Source: an uncultured Bacilli bacterium
GTDB lineage: Bacteria; Bacillota_I; Bacilli_A; RF39; UBA660
Length of the DNA: 64,000 nucleotides
Assembly (NCBI GenBank): GCA_947629375.1
Contig: CANRDN010000005.1
Coordinates: forward strand, 6,968 to 70,967
Direction: 5' to 3'
Shown: positions 9,301 to 18,914 of the stretch, piece by piece
Layout of the letters: each line of letters starts with the position of its first letter
Position numbering within the stretch: position 1 is the stretch's first letter
Translations under genes and position numbers: made by a program
The notes under the pieces: model-generated
What the model was told of the DNA's origin: nothing
The model's database searches: none
What the model saw: only the letters and a program-made list of their open reading frames with translations

Positions 9301-10770
9301 ATGAAGAAAGCTAAGAAAGATTACTTTTTTAATATATTTGTCTTGGTAATTTTTATATCTATCTCTCTTGTTTTAGCTTCTAAAGCACTTCAAAATGATA
9401 CTTTTTACACAATTAAAGTAGGAGAGTCAATATCTAAGTATGGTGTCGATATGAAGGAGCATTTTTCTTGGTTTTCTAATCTTACTTATACATATCCTCA
9501 CTGGCTTTATGACTTATTAATATATAATATCTATAATTTCTTTGGCTTTACTGGTATCTATATTTCAAATATTGTCTTTGGTTTTATTTTATTATCTTTA
9601 ATGTATTTTCTTACCAGTAATCTTACTAAAAATAAATATTTATCTTTTGTAGTTTCTTGTTTATCTTTCTTTACTTTAGGAGGATATATAACAGCAAGAG
9701 CTCAACTAATTTCTTATATGCTTTTACTTTTAATCTTGTATTCAATTAAGAAATTAAGAAATCAAAATAATCTTAGATATTATCTTTATATCTTTTTATG
9801 TTCTTTATTAATTGCCAATATTCATTTAGCAGTATGGCCGTTTATTTTTGTTTTATATCTACCTTTTTTAGTAAGTGATATAATTTATCTTTTAAATAAA
9901 AAGTATTCTTTTAAATTTTTAAAGAATTATAATATAACCCTTGAAGAAAGTTCTCTAAAGAAAATATTTATCTCTATTTTCCTTACCTTTTTAACAGGTT
10001 TTATGACTCCTAACTTTTTGGTACCATTTACTTATCTATACCGACAAGAAATAGGGGAATCTACAAGTTTTATTGTCGAACATTTACCAATCAATATAAG
10101 GTCATCACCTATAGTATTTGTCTTTTTATTACTATTTTTCTTACTTGTATGGAATAAGAAAACTAAAGTTAAATTAAGTGATTTATTTTTAATAAGTGGC
10201 TTGTTCTTAATGGCATTTATGGGTGAAAGAAATTATTCTTTGCTTGTCATTTTAAGTGTTTTTTCTCTTACAGAAGTTTTAAATGATTTTATTAATTTTG
10301 ATATGAGATTATTATTTAAGAATTATACTTTTACTATTCCTATAATGATTTTATTTATCTGTCTTGGTTTTTTAGTATTTTGTTACAATCAGAATATTGA
10401 TTTTTATAGTAAAAAAGAATATCCAATTGATGCTTCAAACTACGTTAAAAGTAACTTAGACTCTAAAAATATTAGATTATTTAATGAGTATGATTATGGA
10501 AGTTATCTAATCTTTCGTGATATCAAAGTCTTTATTGATTCAAGGTCTGATTTATACTTAAGAGAATTTAATAAAGATTGTGATGTGTTTGATGACTATA
10601 GAGTAATAAAAAATAATTACGATGAAATATTTAAGAAGTATGACATAACTCATGTACTAGTGGAAAATAAAGGTAACCTAAATCAAATATTAAAAGTTAA
10701 TAATAATTATTCTAATATTTATAGCGACAGTTATTTTACGATTTATCAAGTTTTGACAACTAGTAATTGA
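9301..10770 (+). CDS. polytopic membrane protein, possible GT-C-type glycosyltransferase (ArnT/PMT/YfhO-like topology)
   Basis: About 490 aa. More than 10 predicted TM helices in the N-terminal two-thirds, followed by a soluble C-terminal domain. Assignment is from architecture only. Confidence 0.4.
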   Translation: MKKAKKDYFFNIFVLVIFISISLVLASKALQNDTFYTIKVGESISKYGVDMKEHFSWFSNLTYTYPHWLYDLLIYNIYNFFGFTGIYISNIVFGFILLSLMYFLTSNLTKNKYLSFVVSCLSFFTLGGYITARAQLISYMLLLLILYSIKKLRNQNNLRYYLYIFLCSLLIANIHLAVWPFIFVLYLPFLVSDIIYLLNKKYSFKFLKNYNITLEESSLKKIFISIFLTFLTGFMTPNFLVPFTYLYRQEIGESTSFIVEHLPINIRSSPIVFVFLLLFFLLVWNKKTKVKLSDLFLISGLFLMAFMGERNYSLLVILSVFSLTEVLNDFINFDMRLLFKNYTFTIPIMILFICLGFLVFCYNQNIDFYSKKEYPIDASNYVKSNLDSKNIRLFNEYDYGSYLIFRDIKVFIDSRSDLYLREFNKDCDVFDDYRVIKNNYDEIFKKYDITHVLVENKGNLNQILKVNNNYSNIYSDSYFTIYQVLTTSN

Positions 10771-10814
10771 TAATGTTATAATACACGAAGAATTTTAGCA
10801 TTTGGGGTGAAATA

Positions 10815-11657
10815 GTGCAGTATATTGTAAAAAAAGAGGAAGAACTTTTAAGTTTTTTAAAGAATAATGTCAAAGGTAGTAAAAATAATATTAAATCTTT
10901 TTTATCTAAAGAGTTAGTAGCAGTTAATGGAAAGACTGTAAGACAGTTTAATTATTTAGTGAAACCAAGTGACATAGTGACGATTGGAGCACAAAAAGTC
11001 GATAGCTTTCTTGGTAAAATAAAGATAATTTATGAAGACGATAATTATTTAGTAGTAGATAAACCTTCTGGAATGCTTACAATAGCAACAGAGGAAGAAA
11101 AGGAAGCAAACAACAATTTATATAGTGTCCTAACAAAGTATGTAAAAAAGAAAAATAGTGTCGCTAAATTATATGTTGTCCATCGTCTAGATAAAGACAC
11201 ATCAGGTGTAGTTTTATTTGCCAAAAATGAAAAGTTAAAAAACATTTTGCAAGAAAAATGGAACGAGATTGCTACAAGAATTTATTATGCCGTTGTAATT
11301 GGAATAACGAAAGAAAGTGAAACATTAAAGTCTTATTTAAAAGAAGATGATAATCTAGTAACTTATCAAGATGAAGATGGCAAGCTTGCAATTACTGAAT
11401 ATAAAAGAATTAAAAACAATGATGATTATTCTTTACTTGAAATAAATATAAAAACCGGAAGAAGAAATCAAATAAGAGTTCAATTAAAAGAAATACATCA
11501 TCCAATTTTAGGTGATTCTAAATATGGACATAAAGATAAAAATCATAAGAGAATGATGTTACACGCAACAAAACTTGTGATAGAAGATCCAATAAGTAAT
11601 AAAAAAATAGAATTCTTATCTAGAGTTCCATATGAATTTGAAAGAGTAGTCAGCTAA
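10815..11657 (+). CDS. RluA-family pseudouridine synthase
   Basis: S4-like N-terminus and the catalytic motif HRLDKDTSGVVLFAKN. Probable GTG start after GGGGTGAAA. Confidence 0.85.
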   Translation: MQYIVKKEEELLSFLKNNVKGSKNNIKSFLSKELVAVNGKTVRQFNYLVKPSDIVTIGAQKVDSFLGKIKIIYEDDNYLVVDKPSGMLTIATEEEKEANNNLYSVLTKYVKKKNSVAKLYVVHRLDKDTSGVVLFAKNEKLKNILQEKWNEIATRIYYAVVIGITKESETLKSYLKEDDNLVTYQDEDGKLAITEYKRIKNNDDYSLLEINIKTGRRNQIRVQLKEIHHPILGDSKYGHKDKNHKRMMLHATKLVIEDPISNKKIEFLSRVPYEFERVVS

Positions 11658-11710
11658 GAATTGTTAAAATGTATCAAATATGATACAATCAATATGTTTT
11701 AGGAGGATTT

Positions 11711-12517
11711 ATGAAAACTTTAAAAGGTACTTTTGCTAATATGAAAAGATATAGTTTCCTTATGAAACAATTAATTTTAAGAGATTTTAAAGTTAAATAT
11801 AAAAGAAGTGTTTTAGGTGTCGTTTGGAGCCTTCTATACCCCGTTTTAATGATGGCCGTTATGTATATGGTTTTCTCTCAAATGTTTAAGTTTAGATTAG
11901 AGGGAGTTAACTATCCAGTTTATTTGATGACTGGTCTTGTAATGTTTAACTATTTTAGTGAAGCAAGTAATCTTGCGATGACATCGGTTGTCAATAATTT
12001 TGCTTTAATAAATAAAGTTTACATTCCTAAATATATTTTCCCGATTTCTAAAGTGTTATTTGTGGGAATTAACTTTTTACTTACTTTAATACCGCTTCTA
12101 GTTATAATTGTCTTTACTGGAAGTGGGGAAACAAGATGTATTATTAATATTTGGTATTTGGTACTTCCTTATATATTCTTATGTATGCTTATGTTTACAG
12201 CAGGACTTGGCTTACTTCTTTCGACTATTTCGGTCTTTTTAAGAGATATGTTCTATATCTATGGAATAATACTTACTATTTGGAACTATGTAACACCAGT
12301 ATTCTATGATATCTCAATTATCCCAAGCAATTTACAACCTTTATTTAAACTTAATCCGTTATATATATTTATAAATAGTGCTAGAAAAATAATTCTTTTC
12401 CAAACTTGCCCTAATGGAATGGAATTACTTGTTATGTTCTTAATAGGTTTTGGAACTTTACTTATCGGTTCTATAATATTTAAGAAAAACCAAGATAAAT
12501 TTATTTATTATGCGTAG
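11711..12517 (+). CDS. tagG: ABC-2 type polysaccharide/teichoic acid exporter permease (TagG/Wzm family)
   Basis: 268 aa with 6 TM segments and an ABC-2 signature. Adjacent to its ATPase partner. RBS AGGAGG. Confidence 0.8.
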   Translation: MKTLKGTFANMKRYSFLMKQLILRDFKVKYKRSVLGVVWSLLYPVLMMAVMYMVFSQMFKFRLEGVNYPVYLMTGLVMFNYFSEASNLAMTSVVNNFALINKVYIPKYIFPISKVLFVGINFLLTLIPLLVIIVFTGSGETRCIINIWYLVLPYIFLCMLMFTAGLGLLLSTISVFLRDMFYIYGIILTIWNYVTPVFYDISIIPSNLQPLFKLNPLYIFINSARKIILFQTCPNGMELLVMFLIGFGTLLIGSIIFKKNQDKFIYYA

Positions 12518-12525
12518 GTGATAAG

Positions 12526-13308
12526 ATGATAACAGTTAAAAATGTTTCAATGAAATTTGATTTAGGTATCGAAAAAGGTAATTCTTTCAAAAATAAATTT
12601 ATTGCTATTTTTGATAGAAAAAGAAGACATAAAAAAGAATATTTCTGGGCTTTAAAAGATGTTTCTTTCGAAGTTAAAAAGGGTGAAGTAATCGGGTTAA
12701 TCGGAAGTAATGGCGCAGGAAAAAGTACAATGCTTAAAGTAGTAAGTGGTGTAATGAAACCTACTAAAGGTAAAGTGACGATAGAAGGAAGTATTGCTCC
12801 GATGATTGAGCTTGGTGCGGGATTTGATAGTGAGTTAACTGCAAGAGAAAACATATATTTAAATGGAGCAGTACTTGGTTATTCAGAAAAGTTTTTAAAT
12901 TCTAAATTCGATGAAATAGTAGAGTTCTCCGAATTAAAAGATTTCCTTGATGTACCAATTAAGAATTTTTCTTCAGGTATGATTGCTAAACTTGCTTTTT
13001 CTATTTCGACAGTAGTAAATCCTGATATTTTAATTGTCGATGAAATTTTATCTGTTGGAGATATTAAATTCCAAGAGAAGAGTTTAAATAAAATGATGGA
13101 AATGATTAAAGGTGGAACGACAGTCCTTTATGTTTCTCACTCTCTTGAAAGTATAAGAGAGTTATGTGATAGAGTTATTTGGCTAGATCACGGAGAAGTT
13201 GTAAAAATGGGTGATACGAAAAAGATATGTGACGAGTATTACTTCAAACAGATGGGTGTTCCATACGAAGAAAAGAAAAGTAAGAAAAAGAAGAAAAAAA
13301 ATGATTAA
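12526..13308 (+). CDS. tagH: ABC transporter ATP-binding protein (TagH/Wzt-like, short form)
   Basis: Walker A GSNGAGKST, ABC signature SSGM, Walker B ILIVDE. Confidence 0.85.
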   Translation: MITVKNVSMKFDLGIEKGNSFKNKFIAIFDRKRRHKKEYFWALKDVSFEVKKGEVIGLIGSNGAGKSTMLKVVSGVMKPTKGKVTIEGSIAPMIELGAGFDSELTARENIYLNGAVLGYSEKFLNSKFDEIVEFSELKDFLDVPIKNFSSGMIAKLAFSISTVVNPDILIVDEILSVGDIKFQEKSLNKMMEMIKGGTTVLYVSHSLESIRELCDRVIWLDHGEVVKMGDTKKICDEYYFKQMGVPYEEKKSKKKKKKND

Positions 13309-13744
13309 AAAAATAATTTTAGTTACCTTAACTATATTGTGGATGATAATAATTTTTGCTTTTTCTAATCAAAAAGCTAAAGTATCTACTGGGTACAGTG
13401 ATTCATTCATAAATAAGACTATTGTAAATATCTATAAAATCTTTAATAGTAATCCAACGGAAGAAGAACAAAATGATATTATAGAAACATTCACACTACC
13501 GATAAGAAAATTAGCTCATATAACAGAATATTTTATTCTAGGTATACTTGTGTTTTTAACCTTAAAAGAATTCAATTGTAGAAATATATACATAATAATT
13601 CTAATATGCTTTCTGTACGCAGTTAGTGATGAAGTACATCAGTTATTTATACCTGGTAGAAGTGGAAGTTTTATAGATGTTTTAATCGATTCTTTTGGTA
13701 GCACTTTATCTGTTTTACTCTTGAAGTGTAAAATCAAATTTTAA
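13301..13744 (+). CDS. VanZ-family membrane protein
   Basis: ATG at 13301 overlaps the end of tagH. Conserved motif HQLFIPGRSGSFIDVLIDSFG. Confidence 0.7.
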   Translation: MIKKIILVTLTILWMIIIFAFSNQKAKVSTGYSDSFINKTIVNIYKIFNSNPTEEEQNDIIETFTLPIRKLAHITEYFILGILVFLTLKEFNCRNIYIIILICFLYAVSDEVHQLFIPGRSGSFIDVLIDSFGSTLSVLLLKCKIKF

Positions 13745-13752
13745 GAAAATAA

Positions 13753-13778
13753 AGAAATAGCTAAATATTTCTTTTTTT
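13753..13778 (+). terminator. rho-independent terminator
   Basis: AGAAATA / TATTTCT hairpin followed by a T7 tract. Confidence 0.5.
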
Positions 13779-13784
13779 AATTTA

Positions 13785-13816
13785 TTGTGATAAAATTGTG
13801 TTATCGTATGATAGAA
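13785..13816 (+). promoter_or_regulatory. promoter region carrying the shared motif TTGTGATAAAATTGTG, followed by TATGAT
   Basis: The 16-nt motif is identical to the sites at 51643 and 52219. A -10-like TATGAT lies 16 nt after the first TTGTGA. Confidence 0.45.
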
Positions 13817-13829
13817 AGTAGGAAATAAG

Positions 13830-14585
13830 ATGAGATGTAGTTATTGTGGAAAAGAATTACCAAACGGAGTAAATTTTTGCGATGGATGTGGTGCAAAGTT
13901 AGAAGTACCACAAATGATGCCTAATCAAAATGAAATGCCAAATTATAACAATCAAAATATGGGTTATTATAATCAAAATAATCAAAATCCAATGTATCAA
14001 AATAATTATCAACCACCAAAAAAGAATACTGGACTTATATTTTTAATTGTTGTTCTTGCTGTTATTTTGATAGTTGCAATTGCTGTTGGAGCCTTCTTCT
14101 TACTAAGTGGTGATGATAAAGAAAAAACAGATGATGATCCTGAAGTAGTAGAAAAAGAAGACGATGATGATAACAATAAAACAGAAACATTAGATACTGG
14201 AAGTTATATTTTAACACTTCCAAAAGGTTATAGTGTAAGTCAACAGTCAACAAATGGAAGTTTAATTTCAAGTAAAGAATGTACAATGTATGTAATGGAA
14301 TATCCATTGTCAACAAGTTATATGGTTGTTCTTAAGGATGAATTTATTGCTCAAATGGGAGAACAAGGATATGTAATTACTTCCTTTAAAGAAGATACAA
14401 TTTTAAATCGTGATGTTATAATTATGGAAACTACTCAAAATGGAGTTAAATGTGTACTTTTATTCGTTGATGTAGATGATCATGATACAATGTTCTTTGT
14501 TATCGCTTCATCAACGGGATTATCAATCGATACTGATTGGTACGAAGATGCAGTTACTATGGTAAAAAGTGCTAAAGAAAAATAA
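13830..14585 (+). CDS. zinc-ribbon membrane protein with an N/Q/Y/P-rich low-complexity linker, one TM helix, an acidic stretch and an extracytoplasmic domain
   Basis: CxxC..CxxC at the N-terminus (MRCSYCGKELPNGVNFCDGCGAKL). An NQ-rich segment, a TM helix (LIFLIVVLAVILIVAIAVGAFFLL), then a D/E-rich region. Confidence 0.6.
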   Translation: MRCSYCGKELPNGVNFCDGCGAKLEVPQMMPNQNEMPNYNNQNMGYYNQNNQNPMYQNNYQPPKKNTGLIFLIVVLAVILIVAIAVGAFFLLSGDDKEKTDDDPEVVEKEDDDDNNKTETLDTGSYILTLPKGYSVSQQSTNGSLISSKECTMYVMEYPLSTSYMVVLKDEFIAQMGEQGYVITSFKEDTILNRDVIIMETTQNGVKCVLLFVDVDDHDTMFFVIASSTGLSIDTDWYEDAVTMVKSAKEK

Positions 14586-14609
14586 GAAACTTTAAAGTTT
14601 CTTTTTTTT
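14586..14609. terminator. terminator hairpin shared by convergent genes
   Basis: GAAACTTTAAAGTTTC palindrome plus T8. It overlaps the stop of the minus-strand ATPase gene. Confidence 0.5.
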
Positions 14610-17189
14610 GACTCTTTTAATAATTATTTTTCTTAAAACATCTACAGGAATTACTGTTGAAGCAAGTAAAATCATAAATTCAAGCTCTTGAAAACTAAGA
14701 CCTATTGTCCTAAACATATGATCTCCAAAATAGATTAAAAGAAGTTGAACAACAGTAATAAATGAAATAATAATTAAGAAAAATTTATTCTTTAAAATAT
14801 TAGAAAACAAATTAATTCTTTCAGTCCTTGCATTTAGACTATTAAAAATATCGATAAAGATAAATAAACCAAAGAATGCTGACATCAAATAGGTATAACT
14901 TTCTCGATAAAAGTGAAAGATAAACTTTGACTTTAAAAAGAAAATGCATAATAAAAATGAGTATAAACCAGTTATAAATATTTCTGAAAACATATATTTA
15001 TTTATAATTGGTTCTTCTTTTTTCTTGGGTGGTTCTTTCATATATTCTTTAAGAGGTGGCTCATAGGCAAAAGCAAGACCAGTTAAGGTATCCATTACCA
15101 TATTTATCCACAACATTTGAATTACGGTTACTGGAGTATCTATTCCAATAAAAGTGCCGATAAAAGAAAGACCAATAGCACAAAAGTTAATGGTTAACTG
15201 GCAAATAATAAATTTCCTTATACTTTTAAAGATAGTTCTTCCGTAAAGAATAGCATTAGAAATAGATTTAATGTTGTTATCTAAAATTATAATATCTGAT
15301 GCTTCTTTACTCACGTCAGTTCCACTTCCCATAGCAAAACCCACATCAGCATTTTTTAAAGCCGGAGCATCGTTTATCCCGTCACCCGTCATTCCAACGA
15401 CTAGATTTTCACTTTGAGCAATTTTAATAAGTCTTGTTTTATCACTTGGCAAGGCTCTTGCAACTATCTTAAGGTGGGGAAGAATCTCTTTTATTTCATC
15501 GTCAGTTTTCTCGTTTAATTCGGAAGAAGTGATCGCAATATCTTGTTCTTCTAAAAGATTTATTTCCTTACCAATTGCAATAGCAGTATTAATGTTATCT
15601 CCAGTTATCATAACAGTTTGAATACCAGCTTCCTTAATTAATGATAGACCTTCTTTAGTGTTTTCTCTTAACTCATCCTTAATGGAAATGATTGCTACTA
15701 GAGTTAAATTCTTAAACTCATCGTAGTAGGGTTCTTTGGTAGCAACACAAATAACTCTTATCCCTTTTTTAGAAATATTATCGATATAGTTATTTAATTC
15801 CACTAAATTAGTTAATTCTTCTTTTTTACCTTCTTCGTTATAGAAGTATTTACATCCCTTTAATATTACTTCTTTAGCTCCTTTAATAAGATCAATTTTT
15901 CCTGAGTCGTCGATAGTAGTTAAAGAATATTTATCTTCACTATTAAATTGTTTTACTTTAATCTTTTTGATGTTTTCATCTGTTTTGCAGTGAAAAAAAG
16001 AATAGACTGCTCTATCAGTAATATTTCCCCCAATTATTTTTCCGTTATCGTTGTAGCAGTCAGAATTATAGATAATACTTTTAGATAAAATATCATAATA
16101 CTTTTGATACTTTTTTATATCGAGTTCACTATTGAAAGCTTTTTTGTTTCCAAGAAGTACTTCAATAACTTCGAATTTTCCTTTTGTAAGAGTTCCTGTC
16201 TTATCAGTAAACAAAATATTAATATTTCCAGCTGTCTCAATTCCCATCATTTTTCTAACTAGGACATTTTCTTTGACCATCTTTTTCATATTTCTTGAAA
16301 GTACTAGAGTAATCATCATTGGAAGACCTTCGGGTACTGCTACTACAATAATTGTTACAGTTAAAGTGAGAGCATAAATTATATAGTCCATCATCAAAGG
16401 AAAATTAGTAAGAGTATTAAAAATTAATTCTCGATTAAAATTATTGTCGATTACTATTTTAGAAAATAAATAAGAAAAAGAAACGAGTATTGCTCCGATA
16501 TATCCTATACGACTTATTATAATAGCAAGCTTTTTAAGTCTCAATTTTAAAGGACTATCTGGAGCGTTTTCCTGTAGTTCTTCATTAAGTTTTCCATAGA
16601 CTGTATTATTACCAACTTCCGTAATTAAAACAGTAGCTTTCTTTGAATTTACTACTGTTCCTCTAAAGACTTTATTATTATCTTTAATATTACCATTTAC
16701 AAGAACTTTTTCTTGCTCTTTAGTCTCACCATTTAAAGATGATTCATCGATTGATAAACTTCCTTCTAGAATAATCCCATCAGCAGGAATCTTATCACCT
16801 TGTTCAAGTATTACAATATCATTTTTAACAACTTCGTCGATTGGTAATTCGACAATCTTATTGTTTCTTTTAACCTTACAAGTAATTTTTGAAGCCTCTT
16901 CTTGCATCTTGACAAAGGCTTTTTCACTGCCATATTCCGAAACCGTTGAAATAAAAGAAGAAATTAAAATAGCTAGAAGAATTCCAATTGTTTCCACAAT
17001 ATCGAAATCTTGAATTAGGAAAACAACTTTAATACCAAGAGCAATAAGTAAAATTCTAATAATAGGATCTCCTAAAGACTCTAAAAAAAGTTCAAATAAA
17101 GATTCGGATTTAATCTTAGTTAAAGCATTACTACCATATTTTTTACGACTTTCAACTACTTCTTTATCATTTAATCCTTTAGTATTCAT
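14592..17189 (-). CDS. P-type Ca2+-transporting ATPase (PMCA/SERCA-like, P2 type)
   Basis: 865 aa. Phosphorylation motif DKTGTLT, plus TGDN, GDGINDAPAL and 10 TM segments. Confidence 0.9.
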   Translation of the reverse strand: MNTKGLNDKEVVESRKKYGSNALTKIKSESLFELFLESLGDPIIRILLIALGIKVVFLIQDFDIVETIGILLAILISSFISTVSEYGSEKAFVKMQEEASKITCKVKRNNKIVELPIDEVVKNDIVILEQGDKIPADGIILEGSLSIDESSLNGETKEQEKVLVNGNIKDNNKVFRGTVVNSKKATVLITEVGNNTVYGKLNEELQENAPDSPLKLRLKKLAIIISRIGYIGAILVSFSYLFSKIVIDNNFNRELIFNTLTNFPLMMDYIIYALTLTVTIIVVAVPEGLPMMITLVLSRNMKKMVKENVLVRKMMGIETAGNINILFTDKTGTLTKGKFEVIEVLLGNKKAFNSELDIKKYQKYYDILSKSIIYNSDCYNDNGKIIGGNITDRAVYSFFHCKTDENIKKIKVKQFNSEDKYSLTTIDDSGKIDLIKGAKEVILKGCKYFYNEEGKKEELTNLVELNNYIDNISKKGIRVICVATKEPYYDEFKNLTLVAIISIKDELRENTKEGLSLIKEAGIQTVMITGDNINTAIAIGKEINLLEEQDIAITSSELNEKTDDEIKEILPHLKIVARALPSDKTRLIKIAQSENLVVGMTGDGINDAPALKNADVGFAMGSGTDVSKEASDIIILDNNIKSISNAILYGRTIFKSIRKFIICQLTINFCAIGLSFIGTFIGIDTPVTVIQMLWINMVMDTLTGLAFAYEPPLKEYMKEPPKKKEEPIINKYMFSEIFITGLYSFLLCIFFLKSKFIFHFYRESYTYLMSAFFGLFIFIDIFNSLNARTERINLFSNILKNKFFLIIISFITVVQLLLIYFGDHMFRTIGLSFQELEFMILLASTVIPVDVLRKIIIKRVKKKKL

Positions 17190-17363
17190 AAATCCTCCAG
17201 TTAAATCTATGATAGAGAAATTTGATTTATTCAGTAAATTATGTTAAAATTTATGGGAATTTCCGGTTAATTATAAAAAAAATATTAAGAATATTAATAG
17301 AAATATAAATGTGTTATAATCTTTATATAACAAAATAGAAATTATCTTTTTGGTGGTGATTAG

Positions 17364-18914
17364 ATGTCTAGGACAAAGAATAGTGTTAAAAACTTACTTA
17401 CAGCTATTATTGGACAAGGTATAGGATTCATTGTAAGTTTTATTGCTAGAATATTTTTCATAAGAACTCTTGGAAGAGAATATTTAGGACTTAATGGTCT
17501 TTTTACCAATATACTTACCATTCTTTCTCTTGCTGAACTAGGAGTAGGGGAAGCGATAACTTATAGTCTTTACAAGCCACTTGCCGAAAATGATTCTAAA
17601 AAATGTACGATGTTAATGCAGGTATATAAAAAAGTTTATAATGTAATTGGACTTGCTATATTGCTAATTGGAATAGCAGTAACTCCTTTTTTACCATTTA
17701 TAATAAAAGATATGCCTAATATTCCTAACATCAGTTTTATCTATATTTTATTTGTAATTAATACTTCTGTTTCTTACTTTTTCTCATATAAAAGAAACTT
17801 AATAATAGCGGATCAAAAAAGATATATTGCAACATTTATAAGATATCTTGCTCATATAATATTTACTTTCTTAGAAATAGTTTATTTAGTTCTATTTAGA
17901 GATTACATCGGTTACTTATTAATAATGATTGCGTCTACTTTAGCAGATAATGTTATGGTATCTATAAAAGCTGAAAAGATGTACCCATACTTAAAAAGTA
18001 AAGAGAAAATTCCTTTAGATAAAGAATCTAAAGAGAGTATTATTAAAAATACTAAAGCAATGATGATGCATAAAGTAGGGGGAGTTGTTGTAAGTTCTAC
18101 TGATAATATTTTACTTTCAAAATTTGTTTCTCTTGATGCTGTAGGACTTTATTCCAATTATTTCTTTGTTACCAATGCTTTAAATAGTGTAGCAGTCCAT
18201 ATCTTTAACTCTGTTACAGCAAGTGTCGGTAATATGGTAGTACTAGAAAATAAAGAAAAGCAATACTCGATATTTAGAGATATTTTCTTCTTAGACTTTT
18301 GGCTTTTCTGTTTTCTATCTGTATCTCTTTTATGTCTTTTTAATCCATTTATCGAATTGTGGGTCGGAAAAGAATATTTATTTGGTTTCGATATAGTTTG
18401 TATCATCGTTATTAACTTCTATCTAACAGGTATGAGAAGAGCTGTTCTAACCTTTAGGGAAGCGAGTGGACTATTCTATAAAGACAGATGGAAATCTGTT
18501 GCGGAAGCAGTTCTTAATTTAGGATCTTCTATTGTACTTGCAATTTACTTAGGAACTTTTGGAGTATTTTTAGGAACATTTATAAGTGCAGTAATGACTT
18601 GTATCTGGATTGAACCTTTAGTCCTTTATAAATATGGTTTTGAAAAGAAACTAAGAAATTACTTCTTTATCTATTTTAAATATTTATTTATAACTCTTAT
18701 ATGTGCTGTTGTTACTTATTACTTGTGTAGCTTTATTAACTTTGGAAGATTCGTTTCCTTCATTTTAAAAGGAATACTTTGTGTACTAATTCCAAATACT
18801 GTTGTGTTCTTATTATTTAGAAAATCAAATGAGTTCAATTACTTTAAAAGAATGATTAAAAATATCTTGAAGAAAATAAGAAAAAAGCAGGTGGTTAAAA
18901 ATGCAGAAGCGTAA
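17364..18914 (+). CDS. MOP-superfamily polysaccharide flippase (Wzx-like)
   Basis: 516 aa with about 14 TM helices and the typical oligosaccharide flippase N-terminus. Confidence 0.75.
   Translation: MSRTKNSVKNLLTAIIGQGIGFIVSFIARIFFIRTLGREYLGLNGLFTNILTILSLAELGVGEAITYSLYKPLAENDSKKCTMLMQVYKKVYNVIGLAILLIGIAVTPFLPFIIKDMPNIPNISFIYILFVINTSVSYFFSYKRNLIIADQKRYIATFIRYLAHIIFTFLEIVYLVLFRDYIGYLLIMIASTLADNVMVSIKAEKMYPYLKSKEKIPLDKESKESIIKNTKAMMMHKVGGVVVSSTDNILLSKFVSLDAVGLYSNYFFVTNALNSVAVHIFNSVTASVGNMVVLENKEKQYSIFRDIFFLDFWLFCFLSVSLLCLFNPFIELWVGKEYLFGFDIVCIIVINFYLTGMRRAVLTFREASGLFYKDRWKSVAEAVLNLGSSIVLAIYLGTFGVFLGTFISAVMTCIWIEPLVLYKYGFEKKLRNYFFIYFKYLFITLICAVVTYYLCSFINFGRFVSFILKGILCVLIPNTVVFLLFRKSNEFNYFKRMIKNILKKIRKKQVVKNAEA

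Noticed and set aside
12501-12854. 117-aa minus-strand ORF overlapping tagH. The same reasoning applies to several others: 3168..3383, 3515..3769, 5139..5444, 16132..16377, 18158..18406, 24236..24499, 44457..44741, 47665..48024, 48088..48480, 49055..49357, 56660..57133, 57416..57742, 58053..58403, 58238..58591, 61404..61673, 63424..63615.
   Set aside because: All are antisense to or nested within strongly supported conserved genes. They have low-complexity or Ser/Ile/Leu-rich translations typical of AT-rich antisense frames, and no RBS or motif support.
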